Origin: Candidatus Hadarchaeota archaeon
GTDB taxonomy: Archaea; Hadarchaeota; Hadarchaeia; Hadarchaeales; Hadarchaeaceae
Direction of reading: 5' to 3'
NCBI GenBank assembly: GCA_964514965.1
Contig: CAZETV010000001.1
Span: 30,756 to 94,755 of the forward strand
DNA: 64,000 nt
This document shows, piece by piece, positions 1 to 7,894 of this stretch (the first letter of the stretch is position 1; the number at the start of each line of letters is the position of its first letter). The notes beneath the pieces are model-generated. The model saw only the letters and a list, made by a program, of their open reading frames with translations. It had not been told where the DNA came from and ran no database searches. The translations under genes and the position numbers were made by a program.

Positions 1-256
1 CAATCGAGGCCAAGTCAATGAGAGGTAGGCAGCCGGCCACAACTACACGCTTTCCGTTCGAGTTCTGGAGTTCCCTCAAGCGGCGCAGCATTCTTCGATA
101 AGTTGTCCCCTTCACGGCGCATGTGTTGACAATTATTGCGTCAGCTTTAGCTGGATTTTGGACCATTTCGTGCCCAGCGACAGCGAGTTGCCCCAAAATG
201 AGTTCTGCGTCGCTCCGGTTCATCGTGCAACCGTAGGTTTCACAGTACACACGCAT
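1..256 (-). CDS. MiaB/RimO-family radical-SAM methylthiotransferase, N-terminal part (gene runs off window start)
   Basis: Minus-strand translation from ATG at 256: MRVYCETYGCTMNRSDAELILGQLAVAGHEMVQNPAKADAIIVNTCAVKG... This matches the N-terminal MTTase domain of MiaB/e-MtaB-like enzymes (YxTxGCxMN ... IVNTCAV). Truncated by the window edge. Confidence 0.7.
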   Translation of the reverse strand, partial: MRVYCETYGCTMNRSDAELILGQLAVAGHEMVQNPAKADAIIVNTCAVKGTTYRRMLRRLRELQNSNGKRVVVAGCLPLIDLASI

Positions 257-305
257 AACATCAACTTTTATTTACACTTTCTTGCAATAAAATCAGAGGG
301 TATTC

Positions 306-1064
306 ATGAAAAAAATCCAGCTGACGCTAGTGCAAATTGACAATTACGGCCCGTGGACCGTTACGCCAGAGCCCCACGGAGAGGCAGAGTTGCAAACGTT
401 ACAGGCCGAGCTATTTGCGGAGCTTGAACGGCAGTTTGCTTCTCATAAGGGTCTAGCGTTCCAGACGAGGCTCGATAACATGATAGCGATTACGAATGGA
501 ATTTCACTCGATGAACATCGCGCCATCCAAAAAGTTGTGAACGAAAAATTTCCGGTGACGGTGAGCATGAGCGTGGGTACAGCCCCCACGCCCTACGAGG
601 CGCAGGTTCAGGCGACCATTGCCCTACAGCACGTTGGCAGCAGCAGGTCGGCAGAGCGAAGTGGAGCGCTTGTTGGCGTTTGTGTGGATTCACCCGATGA
701 AGATTGGGTGCAACTTGCCCACATGGATGTAAACCATTCAGCGCTGTTCACAGACAGCAAGCCTATATACGATACTCACCTCTTTCTCCAAAGAACTTGC
801 GTTTCGCTCATGTCGGCGCTGGTACATAGAAATGCATTAGTGTTTTACACAGGGGGTGATAATTTCATGGTTCCATCAAATGGCCTAAATTTAAGTGAGC
901 TGACTTCTGTTTTCTCTGAGGTCAAGCGTGAGGTTGGAGTAGATCTCAAGGCAGGTGTAGGCGCTGCTCGAACAGCTGAACTAGCGGCGCGCTTGGCCAG
1001 CGAGGGGCTTCATGAGATCAGGAAGGGCGTGGTGAAGGAACAAATCATTTACAAAACTGGATAA
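306..1064 (+). CDS. arfA: GTP cyclohydrolase III (archaeal ArfA/Gch3, FAPy-forming)
   Basis: 252-aa ORF. The IQ(L/I)DNYGPWTVTP ... HKGL ... FDN(M/L)IAITNG ... FTVSM ... TPYEAQ ... GGDNFM(V/A)PSNG ... KAG(V/I)G pattern is characteristic of archaeal GTP cyclohydrolase III (MJ0145 family). Confidence 0.85.
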   Translation: MKKIQLTLVQIDNYGPWTVTPEPHGEAELQTLQAELFAELERQFASHKGLAFQTRLDNMIAITNGISLDEHRAIQKVVNEKFPVTVSMSVGTAPTPYEAQVQATIALQHVGSSRSAERSGALVGVCVDSPDEDWVQLAHMDVNHSALFTDSKPIYDTHLFLQRTCVSLMSALVHRNALVFYTGGDNFMVPSNGLNLSELTSVFSEVKREVGVDLKAGVGAARTAELAARLASEGLHEIRKGVVKEQIIYKTG

Positions 1065-1163
1065 TTTTTTCCCACACAACCAGGCCTCATCACAAAAAGT
1101 GCGTAAATAACTGACTCAAGCTCTAATTTTCTCACATTGCCAGTCGAGAAAAGAAAGCGCCGC

Positions 1164-1412
1164 CTATAAGTTCTTCGCCACGATCTTTAAGTTTTTATAC
1201 GCTTCCATGAACTCAAGTCCCTTTTTCGTGATTTTAAATTCTCCCAATGAGCCTGCGGCGGGACTTATCAACCCCTCTTGAATGAGTAAATCCAAGTACT
1301 TGTTGACAACGTTGAAGTTTAAATTTGCACGATAAACGATTGAGGTTTTCTTCGCACCATTTGTGGCAAGAGAAAGAATCTCTCCAACAATTTCAAACCT
1401 GCTCCGGCGCAA
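1164..1412 (-). CDS. small winged-helix DNA-binding protein (82 aa)
   Basis: ORF of 82 aa with predicted wHTH-like architecture (IVGEILSLATNGAKKTSIVYRANLNFNVVNKYLDLLIQEGLI). Family not resolved. Confidence 0.5.
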   Translation of the reverse strand: MRRSRFEIVGEILSLATNGAKKTSIVYRANLNFNVVNKYLDLLIQEGLISPAAGSLGEFKITKKGLEFMEAYKNLKIVAKNL

Positions 1413-1645
1413 GCCCCTCGCCCCTCACATCCAGCGAATTAATATTGGGATGTTTAAGATTATAAATTTTTACCTATCTAACACAAAAAATATTAACATG
1501 GAATTTTTATTTTTTAAACTAAAAATTAGATGAAAATATTGCAACTGTAAATGTAAAATTTCAATTTGTGGGTAAATGTATGCTAAAAGTTATTGTCGTT
1601 TATGAATCAAGCGCGATAACACTAAATTTGTAGCGGAAAAAATCA

Positions 1646-1672
1646 GAGGCCGAAAACCGGGTCGGGGACTGG
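1646..1672. repeat. 27-bp perfect inverted repeat, left copy (partner 2839..2865)
   Basis: gaggccgaaaaccgggtcggggactgg at 1646..1672 is the exact reverse complement of 2839..2865. Weaker similarity extends about 50 bp inward on both sides. Confidence 0.9.
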
Positions 1673-1737
1673 GTCTTGAGTGTCAGAGTAACGCCCACGA
1701 ACATCACGGTGGGCAACAACATAACTATGGAGGCGAC

Positions 1738-2175
1738 GTGTCGATAGTTTTGGACAGCAACGGTTATCCGCATATAGGTTATTGCTATGTACCCGCGGCA
1801 GACGTAACTCCATTCAGGGGAGACGCTTTGAAGTACGCCCATTTGCATGGTGACGAGTGGGTGATCCAAACAGTTGATGACGGTGGCGGTTATCCTGCAG
1901 ATGTTGGGCGAGGCGCATCGATAGCTCTCGACGAGGATGGTCGTCCACATTTAAGTTATAATGACTTCGGGCGCACCAGCGTGAAATACGCCAGTTACGA
2001 CGACGAAAAATGGGTAATCGAGGTAGTGGATAACATGGTTGGCTCTGGAGAGGATAATCCAACAACCATCGCATGGAGGAGCACCTCAACAGCCCTCGAT
2101 AGCGATGGCAATCCCCACATAAGTTACTACAGCTGGGCCGACGGAGTTTTAAAATACGCATTTAAAAATGGTTAA
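1738..2175 (+). CDS. hypothetical repeat protein (DxNG-x-PH(I/L)xY motif repeated 3 times), GTG start
   Basis: ORF with GTG start preceded by GGAGG 6 nt upstream. Internal repeats LDSNGYPHIGY / LDEDGRPHLSY / LDSDGNPHISYY. No signal peptide. Confidence 0.55.
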   Translation: MSIVLDSNGYPHIGYCYVPAADVTPFRGDALKYAHLHGDEWVIQTVDDGGGYPADVGRGASIALDEDGRPHLSYNDFGRTSVKYASYDDEKWVIEVVDNMVGSGEDNPTTIAWRSTSTALDSDGNPHISYYSWADGVLKYAFKNG

Positions 2176-2231
2176 GAGTGATTGGCTCCATGAAGTCTAT
2201 CCAGAGTCCACGGCTGATATTTGCCCTCCCC

Positions 2232-2684
2232 TCACGGTTTCACCTCTATGAGCAACCCAACTGTGATGTCCACTTGGCTGTTATCGGGGTTGTACACCAA
2301 ATGGGAAACCTCGACCCTGTACATCCCTGAAACAGTGATCGGACCAAACACGAATTGGCGGCTCTTGGAAAGTTGTGGGTATACCTCGACTTTTGTCTGA
2401 ACCGTAACTAGGCTCATTTCATCATAGAGGGTTCCATCCGGGCTTATAATGTTGATTGTCGGCTCGAACAGGTACGGGGCAGTCACCATGTAGTTGTCGG
2501 ACCCCGTGTATTTTATGGTCGTCTCCACGATTATGTTTTTGTCCACCACGATAGTTTGAGCACTCCAAGGGGTTGTCTGTGTTTGGGCGTGGTATCTCTT
2601 GCGGTCCGGTTCAACGTAGGCCACCCTAGGATTCCCCTGTAAATCATTTACGGCCTGCGACGGAACCGAAGCGGCAATCGCCAA
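2232..2684 (-). CDS. hypothetical protein; possibly the C-terminal part of a frameshifted secreted protein (see 2746..3009)
   Basis: ORF in a frame that is open from 2768. The first start codon is TTG at 2684 and has no obvious SD. N-terminal region carries a DLQGNPRVAYV motif related to the repeats of the 1738..2175 product. Confidence 0.4.
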   Translation of the reverse strand: MAIAASVPSQAVNDLQGNPRVAYVEPDRKRYHAQTQTTPWSAQTIVVDKNIIVETTIKYTGSDNYMVTAPYLFEPTINIISPDGTLYDEMSLVTVQTKVEVYPQLSKSRQFVFGPITVSGMYRVEVSHLVYNPDNSQVDITVGLLIEVKP

Positions 2685-2745
2685 AAAATTCTGGAAAGTG
2701 TATTTTATCCTGCCGCCGTGGGATATGACCTCCTCGGCAACGTTC

Positions 2746-3009
2746 TCAGTGTCCGAGGCCTCTGAATCCTATTATGATTGGAACCATGTTGTCAACGGTG
2801 TTGTCCTGAGGAGCGGATGTGACCCTGACGCTCAGGATCCAGTCCCCGACCCGGTTTTCGGCCTCGTATCCCGAGCTACCGGAGCACAGCGCGATGCCTG
2901 TCACGATGCCGACCCCTATGACGAGCGCAACCAAGGAACATAAAACGATATAATTTCTTCCCAGCACGCCCTTCCCCCCCGACGCATCCACGGAGATATT
3001 TGCCCCCAT
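2746..3009 (-). CDS. small secreted/membrane-anchored protein (signal peptide/TM); possible N-terminal fragment of a frameshifted gene
   Basis: Start taken at ATG 3009 (MGANISVDASGGKGVLGRNYIVLCSLVALVIGVGIVTGIALCSG...). TAATAATA lies about 27 nt upstream, consistent with a leaderless archaeal promoter. The track ORF start at 3117 would place the three direct repeats inside the coding region, so it was not used. Confidence 0.45.
   Translation of the reverse strand: MGANISVDASGGKGVLGRNYIVLCSLVALVIGVGIVTGIALCSGSSGYEAENRVGDWILSVRVTSAPQDNTVDNMVPIIIGFRGLGH
2839..2865. repeat. 27-bp perfect inverted repeat, right copy (partner 1646..1672)
   Basis: ccagtccccgacccggttttcggcctc is the reverse complement of 1646..1672. 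Confidence 0.9.
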
Positions 3010-3041
3010 ATATAATAATTTTTTTGCTATTATTACTGGCT

Positions 3042-3102
3042 TTGCACATAAATTGCTAAAAATCCGATCTTGCACATAAATTATCGATTCTGCACATAAA
3101 TT
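3042..3102. promoter_or_regulatory. three direct repeats of (T/C)TGCACATAAATT in a divergent intergenic region (candidate operator)
   Basis: tTTGCACATAAATT at 3042, cTTGCACATAAATT at 3070 and tCTGCACATAAATT at 3090, spaced 28 and 20 bp. The repeats lie about 35-95 nt upstream of the minus-strand start at 3009 and about 115-175 nt upstream of the RHH gene start at 3215. Confidence 0.6.
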
Positions 3103-3214
3103 CGGAGGCGATCTCACAAAAGGGTTAATTTATGGGCAAAGCCCCTACTACAGAAACCCTTAAATACCAACTGGATTATAGATGGATTGTAACTGGATTA
3201 TAAGGGGAGGCTGA

Positions 3215-3406
3215 ATGATGGTCCAAAAAAAAGCCGAAGTTCGGGTTTTTGTGGACGGGATTTACCTCAAGGTTATAGACGACCTCATCGGCACCGGCTA
3301 CGGCAGCAACCGCAGCGAGGTCGTCCGCAAGATGATCCACGATTGGGTAATGACCAATATCGGAGGATTTCAAGGTCTGATGAAATATTCGAGAGGGAAA
3401 AAGTGA
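3215..3406 (+). CDS. ribbon-helix-helix (CopG/Arc/MetJ-like) small DNA-binding protein
   Basis: 63 aa. N-terminal beta-strand VRVFVDGIYLKV is followed by two helices (SNRSEVVRKMIHDWV). SD GGGGAGG lies 6 nt upstream of the ATG. Confidence 0.6.
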   Translation: MMVQKKAEVRVFVDGIYLKVIDDLIGTGYGSNRSEVVRKMIHDWVMTNIGGFQGLMKYSRGKK

Positions 3407-3488
3407 ACTCAACTCACGGTCACCCCACCTCCTCAGTCCAGCCTCCAAAGGGGTGTCAGGCGGGGCGGCCTTTCGGGGCCGCTCTCGC

Positions 3489-4133
3489 CTAACGTTCATA
3501 AAGCCTGTGGGGGATTCTCTGGAAGGCCCTCCATAGGAAAATTGAAAGGGGGAGAGTCCGTCCCGAAATCGATGTCTCTCCCCTTTTAATCTGTTCTAAG
3601 ATTGAATCGACGTTTGGCTTGCAGTTTAAAGTTGTACTGGCTAGACCTATCTCGTCGCAGTGATGGGCATCAGAGCCCGCGGTAATGGGAAATCGATTTT
3701 GTTTGGCGAATCTTCGCGCGAGAGGATTGCTGAAAAAAAGGGCGCGGGAGTTGAATGCCTCGATCGCATCAAACTTCGCCCTGTAAACTAGGTTTGGCTT
3801 CCGCCCAAGCGCAAATGGGTGGGCGGCGACGGCGATACCCCTCTGCTCTTTTATTCGTTTGACAGTTTCTTTTGCCGATAGCCCTCGCGGCACGAGTTCT
3901 CTGACTCCGAGCCCGAGGATATGGCCGTCAGCGCTCGAAATTTCCACGCCAGGGATGATTATGAAATCGTGTTTGGAGAATTTCTTTGTTTCAACATGTC
4001 CACGGATGGTGTTGTGATCTGTGATCGCGATGCCGTTCAATCCCTTCGCTTTCGCTGCTTTCGCGGCATCTTCCACGGAGCAGGTTCCATCGGGAGAGTG
4101 CGAGGTGTGAACATGCAGATCGATGCGGAGCAA
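3489..4133 (-). CDS. PHP-domain metal-dependent phosphoesterase
   Basis: MLRIDLHVHTSHSPDG ... ITDHNT ... H motifs are typical of the PHP (polymerase/histidinol phosphatase) fold. Confidence 0.75.
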   Translation of the reverse strand: MLRIDLHVHTSHSPDGTCSVEDAAKAAKAKGLNGIAITDHNTIRGHVETKKFSKHDFIIIPGVEISSADGHILGLGVRELVPRGLSAKETVKRIKEQRGIAVAAHPFALGRKPNLVYRAKFDAIEAFNSRALFFSNPLARRFAKQNRFPITAGSDAHHCDEIGLASTTLNCKPNVDSILEQIKRGETSISGRTLPLSIFLWRAFQRIPHRLYER

Positions 4134-6029
4134 CTATCTCACCTTGGCGCCCGGCTTGACTGGTTTGTCGGAGGTCAAGATGGAAATTTTTTCTTCATCT
4201 TCAGCGGCCAAGAGCATTCCTTCAGATTTCACGCCCATGAGCTTCACCGGCTCGAGATTGGTGACGATCGCGACTTGCTTGCCGATTAGTTTCTCCGATG
4301 GATAGTGCTCGGCAATTCCCGCCACTATCGTGCGTCGTTCTCCAGCGAGTTCCAGCTCAAGTTTAAGGAGTTTTTTCGAGCCGGGAATTTTTTCTGCTTT
4401 TGTTATCCTACCGACTCGGATGTCGAGCTTTTCGAAATCCTTGATCGAAACCTGTGGTTTAAGGGGTTTAGAGGGGTTGTCGGTTTGAACCTTCGTGAAG
4501 AGGATTGACGGCTTTACGATTCGGTGCTCTGGCTCGATATCGAATTTCTTTGCCTGTTCCCAACTGCTCACCTCAACATTTAGCTGCTTGGCGAGCCTAT
4601 CGCAAGTTGAGGGCATGAACGGCGAGAGAGCGACGCACAGCGCCTTTACGAGGTTTGCGCAATTGAGGATGCAGTCAGCCGCTTTCCGGGGGTCGCTCTT
4701 TATCGTCTTCCAGGGTTTATGAAGCTGGAAATATTCGTTCCCGCGCCCAGCGATAACCAGTATTTCGTCGAGCGCTTGGGTCACCTTCAATTCCTCCAAC
4801 AGTTTTTCCACTTTCCCTATTCGTTCGCTAACCTCGGCTTCGAGTTTTTTGTCGATCTTTCCGGCGGGTATAGTGCCTTCGAAGCGATCTCGGGTGAATG
4901 TGAGCACGCGATGGACAAAATTTCCGAAGACATCCGCGAGTTCGTCGTTTAACCTCGTGCGCAAGCTTTCCTCAGAGAAATTACCGTCTTGACCGAATGA
5001 TATCTCTCGGATCAAGAAATAGCGTATAACGTCTGCAGAATACTTCTCGATGAGGTAAGACGAATCGATGACGTTGCCGAGTGATTTGCTGATTTTTTGT
5101 CCTTCGACCGTCAAGAATCCGTGCGCGAAGATTTGTTTAGGCAACTCGTAGCCGGCCGAAAGCAGCATCCCGGGCCATACAACGCAGTGGAAGCGTATGA
5201 TGTCTTTCGCGATGATATGGGCGTCAGCTGGCCAGTAGTCGCGCGGCAGCATGTAGTTTACGAGAGCGTCAAGCCAGACCCAGATTGTTTGCTTGGGGTC
5301 GCCCGGAACTTTTATACCCCACTCCAGCTCTGGGCGGGAAACGCTGATGTCTTTGAGGCCACTTTTGAGAAAGCTGAGTACCTCATTCTTCCGCGTCTCC
5401 GGTTGGATGAATTGGGGGTTGCTTTGGATATGTTCCAGGATTTGATTTTGGTATTTTGAAAGTTTGAAAAAGTAGTTCTCCTCTTTGAGCAACTTGGGTT
5501 TTCTTTTGTGAAGGGGGCATTTTCCATTGACGAGATCCTCCTCCGCGACGTAGGCCTCGCAACCCTCGCAGTAAAGTCCTTCATACTCTCCCTTGTAGAT
5601 GTCACCGCGCTCATTAATTCGCTTGAACAACTCGCGCACGTTCCGCTTGTGGCGCTCTTGGGTGGTGCGGATGAAGTCGTCATAACTTATATCAAACAAT
5701 TTCCAAGCGTCAACCCACACCTTCGCCATCGAGTCCGCGTAGGCCTGAATTTCTTTGAACCCCTGTTCTCTTGCCGCCTTAACTGTTTTTGTGGAGTTCT
5801 CGTCCAGCCCAGTTAGGAAGAAGACATCATCTCCAAAAAGACGGTGCCATCGAGCGAGCACATCCGCAACTATGTTGGTGTAGGCGTGCCCGATGTGTGG
5901 CACAGCGTTGATGTAGTATATCGGCGTGGTGATGTAGAACTTAGCCATACCTTTCCCCTCTTTCTTTGAGTGGTGATAATTTAAATGTCTTGAATAAACC
6001 TTTCCTAAATTTATTAAACCTAGATGCAA
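4134..6029 (-). CDS. metG: methionyl-tRNA synthetase with C-terminal tRNA-binding (EMAP/Trbp111-like) domain
   Basis: Class-I HIGH (PHIGHAYT) and KMSKS (KISKSLGN) motifs, a Zn knuckle (CEGCEAY ... CPLH) and a C-terminal OB-fold extension. 631 aa. Confidence 0.95.
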   Translation of the reverse strand: MHLGLINLGKVYSRHLNYHHSKKEGKGMAKFYITTPIYYINAVPHIGHAYTNIVADVLARWHRLFGDDVFFLTGLDENSTKTVKAAREQGFKEIQAYADSMAKVWVDAWKLFDISYDDFIRTTQERHKRNVRELFKRINERGDIYKGEYEGLYCEGCEAYVAEEDLVNGKCPLHKRKPKLLKEENYFFKLSKYQNQILEHIQSNPQFIQPETRKNEVLSFLKSGLKDISVSRPELEWGIKVPGDPKQTIWVWLDALVNYMLPRDYWPADAHIIAKDIIRFHCVVWPGMLLSAGYELPKQIFAHGFLTVEGQKISKSLGNVIDSSYLIEKYSADVIRYFLIREISFGQDGNFSEESLRTRLNDELADVFGNFVHRVLTFTRDRFEGTIPAGKIDKKLEAEVSERIGKVEKLLEELKVTQALDEILVIAGRGNEYFQLHKPWKTIKSDPRKAADCILNCANLVKALCVALSPFMPSTCDRLAKQLNVEVSSWEQAKKFDIEPEHRIVKPSILFTKVQTDNPSKPLKPQVSIKDFEKLDIRVGRITKAEKIPGSKKLLKLELELAGERRTIVAGIAEHYPSEKLIGKQVAIVTNLEPVKLMGVKSEGMLLAAEDEEKISILTSDKPVKPGAKVR

Positions 6030-6075
6030 TATTCATAGTAGTGGGGGTGTAATATTGGGTGGAAAGCGGGTTTTG

Positions 6076-6573
6076 ATGATAATTGCGCCTGAGAACTTTA
6101 GAGACGAGGAACTTTTGCATACAAGGGAGGAGCTTGAGAGCGCTGAGGTGAAGACAACAATCGCGAGCACGAAAATAGGTGAAGTTAAGGGCGTGCTGGG
6201 GGCGAAAGTAAATTCTGGTATCAAACTCGACCAAGTAAATGTTGATGATTACGATGGTGTGGTTTTTGTGGGCGGTTCTGGCGCGGAAGTTTATTTCAAC
6301 GATAAGCGAGCAATCTCGATAGCTGGCGAGGCATTCAGCAAGGACAAGAAAATCTGTGCCATTTGCATCGCTCCAGTTATCCTCGCGAATGCGGGGGTGT
6401 TGGAGGGCAAGCGTGCAACAGTCTTCGACGGTGATTACGTTAGAAAAATTGAAGGCAAAGGCGCCACTTATACCGGAAAGCCAGTCGAAGTTGACGGAAA
6501 CATCATAACTGCGAACGGTCCAGCGGCTGCACGCGAGTTCGGACGCACGATTGCAAATGAACTTGAGCTTTAG
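6076..6573 (+). CDS. DJ-1/PfpI-family intracellular protease/glyoxalase-like protein
   Basis: PfpI-like core including the nucleophile elbow ICAICIAP. Start set at ATG 6076 rather than the upstream TTG at 6055. Confidence 0.7.
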   Translation: MIIAPENFRDEELLHTREELESAEVKTTIASTKIGEVKGVLGAKVNSGIKLDQVNVDDYDGVVFVGGSGAEVYFNDKRAISIAGEAFSKDKKICAICIAPVILANAGVLEGKRATVFDGDYVRKIEGKGATYTGKPVEVDGNIITANGPAAAREFGRTIANELEL

Positions 6574-7894
6574 GGGCGATGGCTTGGTCGATATCTTAAT
6601 CAAGGGCGGCCACATCATCACAATGGATTCTCAACGCCATGTGCTCGACCGGGGTTCTGTGGTGATTGATGGTGGCAGGATAGTTTCAGTTGGCAAGGAA
6701 GTCAAAGTGCGGGCGGACACGGTGATTGATGCTCGGGGCAAAGCCGTGCTTCCCGGGCTCATCAACGCCCACACTCACCTCTCGATGACTTTGTTGCGAG
6801 GCGTTGCCGACGACATGGAGCTAGACTCTTGGTTAAAAACTAAAATTTGGCCAATCGAGAAACATCTTCGAGCCGAGGACTGTTACGTTGGTGCATTACT
6901 CGGTTGTCTAGAGATGATAAAATCTGGAACGACTTGCTTTGCCGACCAATATCTTCACATGGAGGATGTCGCCCGAGCAGTTGAAAAATCTGGTATCCGT
7001 GGCGTACTCTCTTACGGCATCATAGAACAAGGCGACCCCAAGAAGCGGAAATCGGAGATTCAGGCAGGTGAAAAGTTGGTCAAAAATTATCATGGCAAGG
7101 CAAATGGTCGGATTTTAACCATGTTTGGTCCACACGCCTCGTACACATGTTCACCTGAGTGTCTCGTGCAAGTAAAGGAGTTGGCAAAAAAGTACAAAGT
7201 TGGAGTTCATATTCATATCGCCGAGTCTAAATGGGAAGTTGGAGAAATAATCAAAAAATACGGTAAGCGCCCAGTTGAGCATTTAGATGCAATCGGCTTT
7301 CTGGGGCCCGAGGTTCTGGCGGCGCACTGTGTTCAATTGACTGGGCAGGAAATTCGGATTTTGCATGATAGAGGGGTCAAGCCAGTGCATAACCCGGTGA
7401 GTAACATGAAAATTGCATGTGGCGTGTCGCCCGTACCAGAAATGCTGGCAGCGGGTATACCCGTAGCACTCGGCACGGATGGGGCCGCTTCAAACAACGC
7501 ACTGGACATGTTCAGTGAGATGAAATTTGCAGCGCTGCTCAACAAAGTTGATAAATTTAATCCTACAATCATGCCCGCTCAATCGGTGCTCGAAATGGCG
7601 ACAATTAATGGCGCGAGAGCACTTGGGTTGGATGGAAGTCTCGGCTCGATTGAGGTCGGGAAGAAAGCCGATTTAATACTAGTTGATTTACGGAAGCCAC
7701 ACCTTACACCCATTAATAACGTCATATCTCATTTGGTCTATAGTGCAACTGGTAGCGATGTTGATACGGTTATCGTGGATGGTAAGGTCATTATGCAGGG
7801 GCGAAGGGTTCTAAAATTCGAAGAGGATAAGGTTTTGAAGGAGGCCCAGAAAGCTGCAGATGATTTACTCGCGCGGAAGGAAGTAGCAAAATGA
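6551..7894 (+). CDS. mtaD: amidohydrolase, 5'-methylthioadenosine/S-adenosylhomocysteine deaminase (MtaD/DadD-like)
   Basis: Metal-dependent amidohydrolase with HTH near the N-terminus (INAHTHLSMTLLRG), HxH, and the D-site. It overlaps ahcY downstream by 4 bp. Exact start is ambiguous (6551 or 6557). Confidence 0.75.
   Translation: MQMNLSFRGDGLVDILIKGGHIITMDSQRHVLDRGSVVIDGGRIVSVGKEVKVRADTVIDARGKAVLPGLINAHTHLSMTLLRGVADDMELDSWLKTKIWPIEKHLRAEDCYVGALLGCLEMIKSGTTCFADQYLHMEDVARAVEKSGIRGVLSYGIIEQGDPKKRKSEIQAGEKLVKNYHGKANGRILTMFGPHASYTCSPECLVQVKELAKKYKVGVHIHIAESKWEVGEIIKKYGKRPVEHLDAIGFLGPEVLAAHCVQLTGQEIRILHDRGVKPVHNPVSNMKIACGVSPVPEMLAAGIPVALGTDGAASNNALDMFSEMKFAALLNKVDKFNPTIMPAQSVLEMATINGARALGLDGSLGSIEVGKKADLILVDLRKPHLTPINNVISHLVYSATGSDVDTVIVDGKVIMQGRRVLKFEEDKVLKEAQKAADDLLARKEVAK

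Noticed and set aside
3042-3102. Possible mini CRISPR array
   Set aside because: Only three 13-bp repeats with 7-15 bp spacers and no cas genes. Far too short for CRISPR and more consistent with an operator.
2746-3117. Longer version of the secreted-protein ORF starting at 3117
   Set aside because: It would make the three TGCACATAAATT direct repeats coding. An internal ATG at 3009 has a TAATAATA box at about -27 and begins a clean signal peptide, so the repeats are better explained as regulatory DNA.
3176-3499. 107-aa minus-strand ORF overlapping the RHH gene
   Set aside because: Low-complexity Pro/Ala/Arg-rich translation with no start context. It is the antisense shadow of the well-formed RHH ORF (3215..3406), which has a GGGGAGG SD.
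6055-6075. TTG start (MGGKRVLM...) for the PfpI-like gene
   Set aside because: PfpI homologs begin near the MIIAPENF segment. ATG 6076 is preferred, though the TTG cannot be excluded.
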